From: Polyangiales bacterium | GTDB taxonomy: Bacteria > Myxococcota_A > Polyangia > Polyangiales > JADJQN01 | DNA length: 64,000 nucleotides | Assembly: GCA_964202905.1 (NCBI GenBank) | Contig: CAXNJO010000004.1 | Coordinates: 529,273 to 593,272, forward strand | Direction: 5' to 3' | Shown here: positions 40,492 through 52,311 of the stretch, in pieces | How the letters are laid out: each line of letters opens with the position of its first letter | Numbering within the stretch: position 1 is the first letter of the stretch | Position numbers and translations under genes: made by a program | Notes under the pieces: generated by a model | What the model saw: the letters and a program-made list of their open reading frames with translations, nothing else | Database searches by the model: none | What the model was told of the DNA's origin: nothing

Positions 40492-42147
40492 GTGTCTTCC
40501 GCATTACGCCTCGTGCCCCTCGGCGGGCTTGGCGAGATTGGGATGAACTGCATGGCGGTCGAGACCGACGACTCGATCGTCGTGCTCGACTGTGGCGTCA
40601 TGTTCCCTGACCGGGGACTCGGCGTCGACGTCATCCACCCCGACTTCTCCTACCTGCTCGAACGCCGCCGCCTCGTCCGCGCCATCGTGCTCACGCACGG
40701 CCACGAGGACCACATCGGCGCCGTCCCGTACCTGTTGCGGCACCTCGACGTGCCCGTCTACGGTCCGCCGTACGCCCTCGCGCTCGTGCGCGAGCGGCTG
40801 CGCGAACACGGTCTCCTCGAGGGCGCGGAACTGATCGCCACACGTCCGCGCGCTCGCTATGCAGCGGGCTCGATCGACTTCGAGCCCGTCCGCGTGACGC
40901 ACTCGATCGCCGACGCGACGGCCCTCGCGCTCCGCACCCCCGCGGGCCTCTTCGTCCACACCGGCGACTTCAAGATCGACGAGAGCATGCGCGGCGACGA
41001 GGCGTTCGACGCCGAGCGCTTCGAGCAGCTCGGCGACGAGGGCGTACGCGCCCTGCTGAGCGACTCGACGAACGTGGACGTCCCGGGCACGTCGGGCAGC
41101 GAAGCAGGCGTCGACGCGGTGCTCACCGACCTCATCGCCAGCGCCCCGGCGCGCGTCGTCATCGCGATGTTCGCCTCGAACGCCCAGCGCATGCGCGGGA
41201 TCATCGTGGCGACCCGCGCGGCCGGACGGCAACTCTGCTTCCTCGGGCGCTCCGTCCAGTTGCACGCGCGCGTGGCCGTCGAAGAGCGCGTCCTCGAAGA
41301 CCCGGGCGCGCTCCTCGTCCCGCAGGACCGCGTGCAGTCGGTTCCGCGCAACCACCTCGTCGCCATCGCGACGGGCACGCAGGGCGAGCCCGCGGCCGCG
41401 CTCGCCCGCCTCGCCGCCGAGACGCACCCCACCCTGCGCCTCGAGCCGGGCGACCTGGTCGTCCTCTCCTCGCGCGTCATCCCCGGCCACGAGCGCACCG
41501 TCGCTGGAATCATCAATGATCTCGAGCGCCGCGGCGTCGTCGTCCGCTCACCCCTCACGGATCCGGGCGTCCACGTCAGCGGCCACGCGCAGCGCGAAGA
41601 GCAGCGCCGCATGATCGAGCTCACGCGCCCGGACGGCTTCCTGCCCGTCCACGGCTCGTACCACCACCTCCGGCGCCACGCCGAGCTCGCCCACGAGGCG
41701 GGCGTCGGCGAGCACCTCGTCGTCGAGAACGGCGCCATCGTCGAAGTCGACCGCGCGGCGATGCGGGTCGTCGGCCACGCGCCCGTCGGCCGTATCAGCG
41801 TCGATGCGGGCGAGGAGATCCCCGACGCGGTCCTCCGCGACCGCGCGCTGCTCGCGGAGAACGGCGTCGTCACGGCCGTGCTGGTCGTCGACGCCAGCGG
41901 CAAACGGCTCGTGCAGGAGCCGGACGTCGTGACCCGCGGAGTCCTCCTCGAGGAGGCCTCGGCGGGGCTCCTCGCCGACGCCCGCGCCGACCTCGCCGAC
42001 GCCGTGTACGCGCTGCGCTCGCCGCTCGACCGTGTCGACGACGAGAGCCTCCGCGAGCTCGCGCGCCGCACGCTGAAACGCTTCTTCTGGCGCGAACTCC
42101 GCCGCAAACCGCTGACCTACGCGATCGTGGTGCGGGTCCCGCGGTGA
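40492..42147 (+). CDS. rnj: Ribonuclease J
   Basis: Motifs PLGGLGEIGMN, THGHEDHIG, THSIAD, HTGDFK, SDSTN, TGTQGE and HVSGHA. Confidence 0.94.
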   Translation: MSSALRLVPLGGLGEIGMNCMAVETDDSIVVLDCGVMFPDRGLGVDVIHPDFSYLLERRRLVRAIVLTHGHEDHIGAVPYLLRHLDVPVYGPPYALALVRERLREHGLLEGAELIATRPRARYAAGSIDFEPVRVTHSIADATALALRTPAGLFVHTGDFKIDESMRGDEAFDAERFEQLGDEGVRALLSDSTNVDVPGTSGSEAGVDAVLTDLIASAPARVVIAMFASNAQRMRGIIVATRAAGRQLCFLGRSVQLHARVAVEERVLEDPGALLVPQDRVQSVPRNHLVAIATGTQGEPAAALARLAAETHPTLRLEPGDLVVLSSRVIPGHERTVAGIINDLERRGVVVRSPLTDPGVHVSGHAQREEQRRMIELTRPDGFLPVHGSYHHLRRHAELAHEAGVGEHLVVENGAIVEVDRAAMRVVGHAPVGRISVDAGEEIPDAVLRDRALLAENGVVTAVLVVDASGKRLVQEPDVVTRGVLLEEASAGLLADARADLADAVYALRSPLDRVDDESLRELARRTLKRFFWRELRRKPLTYAIVVRVPR

Positions 42148-43586
42148 TCCCGCGGTTCGGGTGGTGTCTCGCCCTGGCCTGTCTCGGGGCATGCGGTGCG
42201 CCGTCCCGCCGGACGGCTTTGGCGCCCCCGACGACGACGACCGCCGCGGTACCGGTCGCGGTCGCGGTGCCGGCTCCGATCCCGGAGCCTGAGGACCCGA
42301 TTCGCGGCAGTCGCCCACCGACCCCCGCGGAAGCCCGCACGCTGGCCCGCCTGGTCAGGTACGCCGCCCGGATTCGCGGGTTGCAGTTCACGGGGCCCGT
42401 GACCATCCGCATCGCAGACAGCGCCGCTGTGACGCAGAACCTCGACGAACGCCTCGACGAGGAAGACTTCGCCGAGAAGCGCGCGCTCTACACCGCGCTC
42501 GGCCTGCTCGCGCCGGACCTCGACCTGCGCGAGACGCTCAGCGGCGTGATGAACGAGCAGGTGGTTGGCTACTACGACTCGGGCCACGCCCGGCTCGTCC
42601 TTCGCGACGACGCTGTCCCTGCGTCGGCGCAGGGGGGATCCGGGGCCGCGGGCGACGGTGCCGCCCCCGAGAACGGCCGGATGGTGGTCGTGCACGAGCT
42701 TGTGCATGCGCTCCAGGATCAAGTGCTTGGGCTGCGCGCGCTCCACCGCGCGCCGCGCTCGATCGACGAATCGAACGCCGTTGAGGCCTTGGTCGAGGGA
42801 GACGCGACGCTCGCCATGGTGCGCGGCGAATTCCCCGCCGGGACCGACGCCGAAGTCGAGGCGCGAGCGCTCGAACACGTGCGCGAAAGCATCCCCGGCA
42901 TCCTTCAGCGGAGCACGCGCGGCGACACACGGCTGAGCGGGGCGCCGCCGATCCTGCGCGAGCCCTTGCTCTCCGCCTACGGCGACGGGTTCGCATTTTG
43001 CGCGAAACTCTACATCCGACGCGGCTGGGAGGGCGTGAACCGCGCCTACACGGAGCTGCCGACCTCGAGCGAAGAGATCCTCCACCCGGAGCTCTACCTG
43101 CGCGGCGCGCGCACGGTCCCGCTCGAGCTGCCCACATTCCCCGACCTCAAGGCCGCAGGCCTCACGCTCGGCACCGAGGAGACCCTCGGCGAGCTCGAAT
43201 CGGGCATCTACTTCGCGATGGCGCTGCCGCGGCCCAAGGCGCAGCAGGCAGCGGCCGGGTGGGACGGCGATCGCGTCCGCGTCGTGTTCCGCCCGGATGG
43301 GACGCCGGGCGCGGTCTGGCTCACGCGATGGGACACCGACGGGGACGCGGTGGAGGCCACGAACGCAGCACGCGCCGTGATGCGGGCCCTCCCCCCGCAG
43401 GAGCGCGCGGACGCGGCGGTCGTCCGGCTCGACAGGCACGTGTTCATGCTCCGCGGGGTGCCGGCTGCGCTCCATGCGGGGCTGACGGAGGCGATCCGGC
43501 AGGGCATCGCCTCATCGGCCGTCACGCGCGCGGCGCCCGAGACAACGACCCGCGGCGCTCCCCTTCCCGGCGCGCCCCCGCCGTGA
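42144..43586 (+). CDS. Lipoprotein with a gluzincin-type zinc metallopeptidase motif
   Basis: LGAC lipobox, IRGLQF, VVGYYD, HELVHALQDQ...ALVEGDA, PTSSEEILHPE, TLGE and AAAGWDGD motifs. Confidence 0.72.
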   Translation: MIPRFGWCLALACLGACGAPSRRTALAPPTTTTAAVPVAVAVPAPIPEPEDPIRGSRPPTPAEARTLARLVRYAARIRGLQFTGPVTIRIADSAAVTQNLDERLDEEDFAEKRALYTALGLLAPDLDLRETLSGVMNEQVVGYYDSGHARLVLRDDAVPASAQGGSGAAGDGAAPENGRMVVVHELVHALQDQVLGLRALHRAPRSIDESNAVEALVEGDATLAMVRGEFPAGTDAEVEARALEHVRESIPGILQRSTRGDTRLSGAPPILREPLLSAYGDGFAFCAKLYIRRGWEGVNRAYTELPTSSEEILHPELYLRGARTVPLELPTFPDLKAAGLTLGTEETLGELESGIYFAMALPRPKAQQAAAGWDGDRVRVVFRPDGTPGAVWLTRWDTDGDAVEATNAARAVMRALPPQERADAAVVRLDRHVFMLRGVPAALHAGLTEAIRQGIASSAVTRAAPETTTRGAPLPGAPPP

Positions 43587-43601
43587 TAGCGAGCGTCCCG
43601 C

Positions 43602-44066
43602 ATGGGGGAGCACGGCGCGCGCGTCAGCTGGGACGAGTACTTCATGAACATCGCCCGTGAGGTCGCGACGCGGTCGACGTGCTCGCGCAAGCACGTGGGC
43701 GCCGTCATCGTCCGCGACCGGACGATCCTCTCGACGGGCTACAACGGCTCGGTGCGCGGCCTCCCCCACTGCGACGAGGTCGGCCACATGATGGAGGACG
43801 GCCACTGCGTCCGCACGATCCACGCCGAGGCCAACGCGATCATCCAGGCCGCAAAGAACGGCACCCGTATCGACGGCGCGGGGATCTACGTCACCGCCTC
43901 GCCGTGCTGGACCTGCTTCAAGACCATCGCGAACGCCGGACTCACGCGGATCGTCTTCGGTGAGTTCTACCGGGACCCACGCATCTTCGAGATGTCGTTC
44001 CTCATCGGCATCGAGCTCGTCGACTTGACGCGCACACCGGTGGGCGGCTCCCCAAGCGCGGTCTGA
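43602..44066 (+). CDS. dCMP deaminase (ComEB-like)
   Basis: SWDEYFM, RSTC, VGAVIV, TGYNG, HAEANA and PCWTC zinc motifs. Confidence 0.92.
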   Translation: MGEHGARVSWDEYFMNIAREVATRSTCSRKHVGAVIVRDRTILSTGYNGSVRGLPHCDEVGHMMEDGHCVRTIHAEANAIIQAAKNGTRIDGAGIYVTASPCWTCFKTIANAGLTRIVFGEFYRDPRIFEMSFLIGIELVDLTRTPVGGSPSAV

Positions 44067-44146
44067 CACCCGCCATCACGGATGATACAGACGGTCCGCG
44101 ACTCGAACGCAGCGGAAAACGTGGCCTTTTCACCCTCCCCCATCGC

Positions 44147-44175
44147 TTGACGCGTCCGTGGCCGGGCGTTAGACC
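44147..44175 (+). promoter_or_regulatory. Putative sigma70 promoter of tig-clpP
   Basis: TTGACG-N17-TAGACC. Confidence 0.5.
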
Positions 44176-44177
44176 AC

Positions 44178-44246
44178 CGCCCCTTTCGCGCCCCTTTCGC
44201 GCCCCCTTCACGCCCCCTTCACGCCCCCCTTCACGCCCCCCCTTCA
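44178..44246. repeat. Six tandem 11-13 bp units CG(C)nTT(T)C(G/A)
   Basis: Units begin at 44178, 44189, 44200, 44211, 44222 and 44234, with C-run lengths 4, 4, 5, 5, 6 and 7. Confidence 0.9.
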
Positions 44247-44271
44247 CCACGCCCGCCCCGGAGGCACGTTC

Positions 44272-45585
44272 ATGCAGTCCGAAGTCACGGAAATCAGCCC
44301 GGTTCTCGTCGAAGTGAAGGTCGAGGTCCCCTGGGACGAGGTGCGCAAGGACATGGACGCAGCCTACGCGCGCACGCAGCAGACCGCGCGCATCAAGGGC
44401 TTCCGCCCGGGCAAGGTGCCCCGCAGCGTCGTGAAGCAGCTCTTCGGCGCGCAGGTGAAGCACGAGGCGCTCTCCTCCCTCGTCGAGAAGGGCCTGCTCG
44501 CCGCCATGGCGCAACACAATCTCGAGCCCGTCGCCTCGCCCGAGGTGCTCCCCTCCCCGCTCACCGAGGGGCAGCCCATGTCCTTCACCGCGAAGCTCGA
44601 GATCCGTCCCCGCATCGCCGAACTCGAGACGGCGGGGCTCGAGGTCGCGCGTCCGTCCGCGGAGGTCCCTGATGCCGACGTGGACCGTGAGATCGAGCGT
44701 CTCCGCCTCGAGAACGCGACGGTCGCCGCTCCGGAGCCTGCACGCCCCGCGCAGAAGGGCGACCTGCTCGTCATCGACTACGTGGTCTCCCTCGACGGCG
44801 CGAAGCGCGAGGACATGGGCGCCACGGAGCGCCCGGTCGAGCTCGACGGCGAGCGCCTGCTCCCGGAGTTCGAGGCCGGGCTGATCGGCGCGAACGTCGG
44901 CGACGAGCGCACCATCGACGTGAAGTTCCAGGACGACCACGGCAACGAGGCGCTTCGCGGCCAGACCGCCCAATTCCACGTGACCATCAAGGAACTCAAG
45001 GAGCGCATCCTCCCCGCGATCGACGACGAATTCGCGAAGGACTGCGGCGACTTCCAGACGCTCCTCGAGTTGCGGCTCGACGTTCGCAAGCGCCTTGAAG
45101 AGTCCGCCCGCCGTCGCGCCGAAGGTGCGCTCCGCGACCTCGTCGTCGAGCGCCTCGTCGACAAAAATCCGATCATCGTGCCGCCCTCCATGGTCAAGGA
45201 GGAGCAGAAGCAGATGGTGCACGAGTTCGCGCAATTCCTCTCCATGACAGGCCAGACCTCGACGCCGCTCAGCGAGGAGATGCACGCGTCGATGAGCTCG
45301 CGGGCCGAGCGCAAGGTCCGCGCGGCGCTCCTCCTCGGCGAGCTCGCGCGCCGCGAGTCGCTCTCCGTGACGCCCGACGAGCTCGAGAAGCGCCTCGCCG
45401 AGATCGCGGCACGCACCGGCAAGCACATCGCCAAGGTGCGCGTGGACTACGCGGGCGAGCGGCGCGAACAGCTCTCTGCGCAGATCCTGCAGGACAAGCT
45501 CCTCGACTATCTCCTCTCGAAGGCTACGATCGTCGACGCTCCGGCCGAGGCGGCCGGTGCCGCTGTTTCCGAGGGGGCCGGATGA
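44272..45585 (+). CDS. tig: Trigger factor
   Basis: GFRPGKVP signature, FKBP domain and DDEFAKD motif; GGAGG SD upstream. Confidence 0.96.
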   Translation: MQSEVTEISPVLVEVKVEVPWDEVRKDMDAAYARTQQTARIKGFRPGKVPRSVVKQLFGAQVKHEALSSLVEKGLLAAMAQHNLEPVASPEVLPSPLTEGQPMSFTAKLEIRPRIAELETAGLEVARPSAEVPDADVDREIERLRLENATVAAPEPARPAQKGDLLVIDYVVSLDGAKREDMGATERPVELDGERLLPEFEAGLIGANVGDERTIDVKFQDDHGNEALRGQTAQFHVTIKELKERILPAIDDEFAKDCGDFQTLLELRLDVRKRLEESARRRAEGALRDLVVERLVDKNPIIVPPSMVKEEQKQMVHEFAQFLSMTGQTSTPLSEEMHASMSSRAERKVRAALLLGELARRESLSVTPDELEKRLAEIAARTGKHIAKVRVDYAGERREQLSAQILQDKLLDYLLSKATIVDAPAEAAGAAVSEGAG

Positions 45586-46193
45586 CATTCGACCACGCGC
45601 CGCGCGCATACATTCCGTTCCCGCAGGTGGTCGAGACGACCCACCGCGGCGAGCGCAGCTGGGACATCTACAGCCGCCTGCTGAAAGACCGCATCGTCTT
45701 CCTCGGCACCGAGATCAACGACGACGTCGCCAACATCATCATCGCGCAGATGTTGTTCCTCGAGAGCGAGGACCCCGACAAGGACATCACGCTCTACATC
45801 AACAGCCCCGGCGGCGTGATCACGAGCGGCCTCGCGATCTACGACACCATGCAGTACGTCCGGTGTCCGGTCTCCACGGTCTGCCTGGGGCAGGCCGCGT
45901 CGATGGCCGCGGTCATTCTTGCCGCCGGCGCCAAAGGCCGGCGCAAGTGCCTGCCCAACTCGCGCGTGATGATCCATCAGCCGCATGGCGGCGCGCGCGG
46001 TCAGGCCTCCGACATCGAGATCCAGGCCAAGGAGATCCTCTTCCTCCGCCAGCGGATCAACGAGATCCTCGCGCGCCATACCGGACAGCTCGAGTCGAAG
46101 ATCAAGGAAGACACCGAGCGCGACCGCTTCCTCGCTGCCCCCGACGCGCGCGAATACGGGATCGTCGACGACGTGATCATCCCGAGGAAGTAG
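45582..46193 (+). CDS. clpP: ATP-dependent Clp protease proteolytic subunit
   Basis: Motifs [29 protein letters not shown] and DTERD. Confidence 0.97.
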   Translation: MTFDHAPRAYIPFPQVVETTHRGERSWDIYSRLLKDRIVFLGTEINDDVANIIIAQMLFLESEDPDKDITLYINSPGGVITSGLAIYDTMQYVRCPVSTVCLGQAASMAAVILAAGAKGRRKCLPNSRVMIHQPHGGARGQASDIEIQAKEILFLRQRINEILARHTGQLESKIKEDTERDRFLAAPDAREYGIVDDVIIPRK

Positions 46194-46329
46194 CCCGCTC
46201 CGGCCTGGCCGGTTGCTTGCCCCCCGGGATCCCGAGAACTAGACTCTCTGCCCGGGTGACAAGGCTCGCCCCGAAGTCGATAGTCGGACGGTTCGTCCTG
46301 TCGGTTGCTCGTTTCAGAAGAGGCACACA

Positions 46330-47589
<1,260 letters not shown>

Positions 47590-47624
47590 GGCCCTCCCCC
47601 GCTGCGACTCCCGGCCGCCCATCC

Positions 47625-50141
<2,517 letters not shown>

Positions 50142-50206
50142 CCGTGCGCGTCGAGGTCACCCCGCTTCGCCGCTCTGCCCGCGATCCGGGATGCACTTTC
50201 CTGCAC

Positions 50207-51613
50207 ATGTTCGCGAAGTTCGCGCTTGCGGCGCTCTTCGCGATGGCCGGCGAGAGCGGCGGCGTGTCGACCGCCCGCGCGCAGCCACGGGCGCCTCGAG
50301 ACCGCGCGAGGCCGAGCGACGCGACGGGGCTTCAACCGGGTTGTGAACCGTACACACAGATGTTCCCCGTCGACATCCCGTCTTCGCAACGCGCCGTGTG
50401 CGGCGACGGGCGCGCGCGGCGGGGCAAGCGTTCTTGCTGGCGCGAGTGCGCGAGCGGTTGCCCGGGCGTGTCGGGTTGCGAAGACGTCGAGTGCCTGGAA
50501 GGCCGCGAACTCTGCGACGGTCGCGACCTCGCGGGCGCGACGTGCGCGAGCCAGGGCTTCGCAGGCGGGACACTGCGGTGCTCCGCGGACTGTGGCGGGT
50601 TCGACGTGTCGGGGTGCCGCGCGTGCGTGCCGGGGCCGAATGTCCGCTGCGGCTCGCTCCCGCTCGGCGTCGGGATCGGCGCGCCCATCCTCGCGGAGAA
50701 CGGCACCGACGTCGCCGTCGGTTGGACGAGCGGCAGCGCCGGCGGACAAACCCTCCACTTCGCGCGGATCGAGGAGAGCGGCCGGGCCGTGCCCGCGCTG
50801 TTGCCGCTCGCGGACGCGCACGGGGAGATCGCGCTTGCGGGCGGCAGTGGTGGGTTCTTGTTCGCGTTCGCGTCGTCGGAGGGGACCTTCGTGGCGCGCT
50901 TGGACCGCGACGGCGCGCTGATGGCGACGCCGCGGCGCGTCGCGGACGAGGCCGACGCGCTCGAGCTCGTGCGGCTCGAGGCCCTCGCCGACGGTGCGGG
51001 GATCGCCGCGCTCTTTCTCGGCCACGGACCGGAGCCACGCGCGCTCTACCTCGACGCAGACGGCACGCCCCTCGATGCCCCCCCACGCGGCCTCGTGTTT
51101 CACGGCGTCGGAGCGCGGACGCGCGTGTTCATCGTGCCCTTCCCCCACATCGCGGCCGCGACGCGCGTCTCCGGCGACGTCTACGAGACGGAGGCGGCGA
51201 GCGGCGACACCGTGATCGCGCGTGTGCTCCGCGGGCGCGCCATCGTGCAGGTGTTGCGGGCGGGACAGCCGTTCGGCGGTCGCATCGCGAGCGGCGCCGA
51301 GGTCGACGTCACGCTCGGACGTGACGGGACGGGGCACCTCGTGATGCGCGAGGCCGACGGGATGTTTCAAGACACCTTCACTCCCCCAAGCGGCGCGACG
51401 CTCTCCCGGAGCGGGGCGCGCATGGATGCGGCCGTCCCCAACCGGGCGTTGGCGCGGCACGCGTCGATTCGGTCCTGGACCACGCTGGAATACGCGCCCG
51501 GCAGCCACGTCGAGGCGGCCTTGCTCGGCACGCCCGGGGCGGCTGAGTCACTCGCCGTCGCACGCGTCCGAACGTCCGCCCGCGCACGGCGGACGCGACG
51601 AGGCGCACGCTGA
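50207..51613 (+). CDS. Secreted Cys-rich hypothetical protein
   Basis: Signal-like N-terminus, myxobacterial-type Cys repeat ELCDGRDLAGATCASQGFAGGTLRCSADC and a beta-rich C-terminus. Confidence 0.65.
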   Translation: MFAKFALAALFAMAGESGGVSTARAQPRAPRDRARPSDATGLQPGCEPYTQMFPVDIPSSQRAVCGDGRARRGKRSCWRECASGCPGVSGCEDVECLEGRELCDGRDLAGATCASQGFAGGTLRCSADCGGFDVSGCRACVPGPNVRCGSLPLGVGIGAPILAENGTDVAVGWTSGSAGGQTLHFARIEESGRAVPALLPLADAHGEIALAGGSGGFLFAFASSEGTFVARLDRDGALMATPRRVADEADALELVRLEALADGAGIAALFLGHGPEPRALYLDADGTPLDAPPRGLVFHGVGARTRVFIVPFPHIAAATRVSGDVYETEAASGDTVIARVLRGRAIVQVLRAGQPFGGRIASGAEVDVTLGRDGTGHLVMREADGMFQDTFTPPSGATLSRSGARMDAAVPNRALARHASIRSWTTLEYAPGSHVEAALLGTPGAAESLAVARVRTSARARRTRRGAR

Positions 51614-51691
51614 ATCGGCAGCGCAAGGGCTGCGCGTGTCGCAGTGCGGCGGTCCGTGCCGAGGGCGCATGCTAGGCTGCCCGCGCTTCCC

Positions 51692-51763
51692 GGGCGGGTA
51701 GCTCAGCGGCAGAGCAGCTGCTTTACACGCAGCGGGTCGCAGGTTCGATCCCTGTCCCGCCCA
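51692..51763 (+). tRNA. tRNA-Val(TAC)
   Basis: GGGCGGGTAGCTCAGCGGCAGAGCAGCTGCTTTACACGCAGCGGGTCGCAGGTTCGATCCCTGTCCCGCCCA folds into a cloverleaf with anticodon TAC. CCA is not encoded. Confidence 0.96.
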
Positions 51764-51975
51764 CCGATTTTACAAGGGAAAACGGCACGTTTTCGCGCGC
51801 TGTCCCACGGATTGTCCCAGTCGGGAGCGCGAACACCGTCCCGGAGAGGCGCTCGACGCGCAGCTTCGCGACCTCCGCGCAGCGGACGCATCGACACGGT
51901 CTCCAACCTCGCCGGGCCGGGACGCCCCCTGTTTCGCTCGACGAACCGGCCGGTTGCGAAGACAACGACGCAGCG

Positions 51976-52206
51976 GACCCCCGGAGTTCGCGCCAAGGAT
52001 TTTGAAATCGATTCGTGTAACTCGGAGTTCACGCAGACGGCTTCCAAAATCGATTCGTGTAACTCGGAGTTCACGCAGACGGCTTCCAAAATCGATTCGG
52101 TGTAACTCGGAGTTCACGCAGACGGCTTTGAAAATCGATTTGGAGAACTCGGAGTTCTCCTGGGGGCCTTTCGGGGTCGATTTCGGGAACTCGGAGTTCT
52201 CCCCGG
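51976..52206. repeat. Tandem array of ~42-bp units: three near-identical plus degenerate flanking copies, each with palindromic cores
   Basis: Unit AAATCGATTCGTGTAACTCGGAGTTCACGCAGACGGCTTCCA starts at 52005, 52047 and 52089 (the third has one extra base). Core AACTCGGAGTT is at 52019, 52061, 52104, 52146 and 52188, with a partial copy near 51978. Confidence 0.92.
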
Positions 52207-52311
52207 CGCTCGTCCGGGGCCGCGACAGCTCGCGCGCGTTCGGATACACACGGCGAGAAGGCGCACGGTGCGCGACGCGAACCGTGCGTGGCGCTGGTAC
52301 ACTTGCCCCCC

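Noticed and set aside
51644..52105. ORF encoding IDSCNSEFTQTASK repeats
   Set aside because: It overlaps the tRNA gene, and the 1-bp insertion in unit 3 breaks the frame, so it is probably non-coding.
51976..52206. CRISPR array interpretation of the 42-bp repeats
   Set aside because: The sequence between cores is identical in units 1-3 (no unique spacers), the period is too short, and there are no cas genes in the window.
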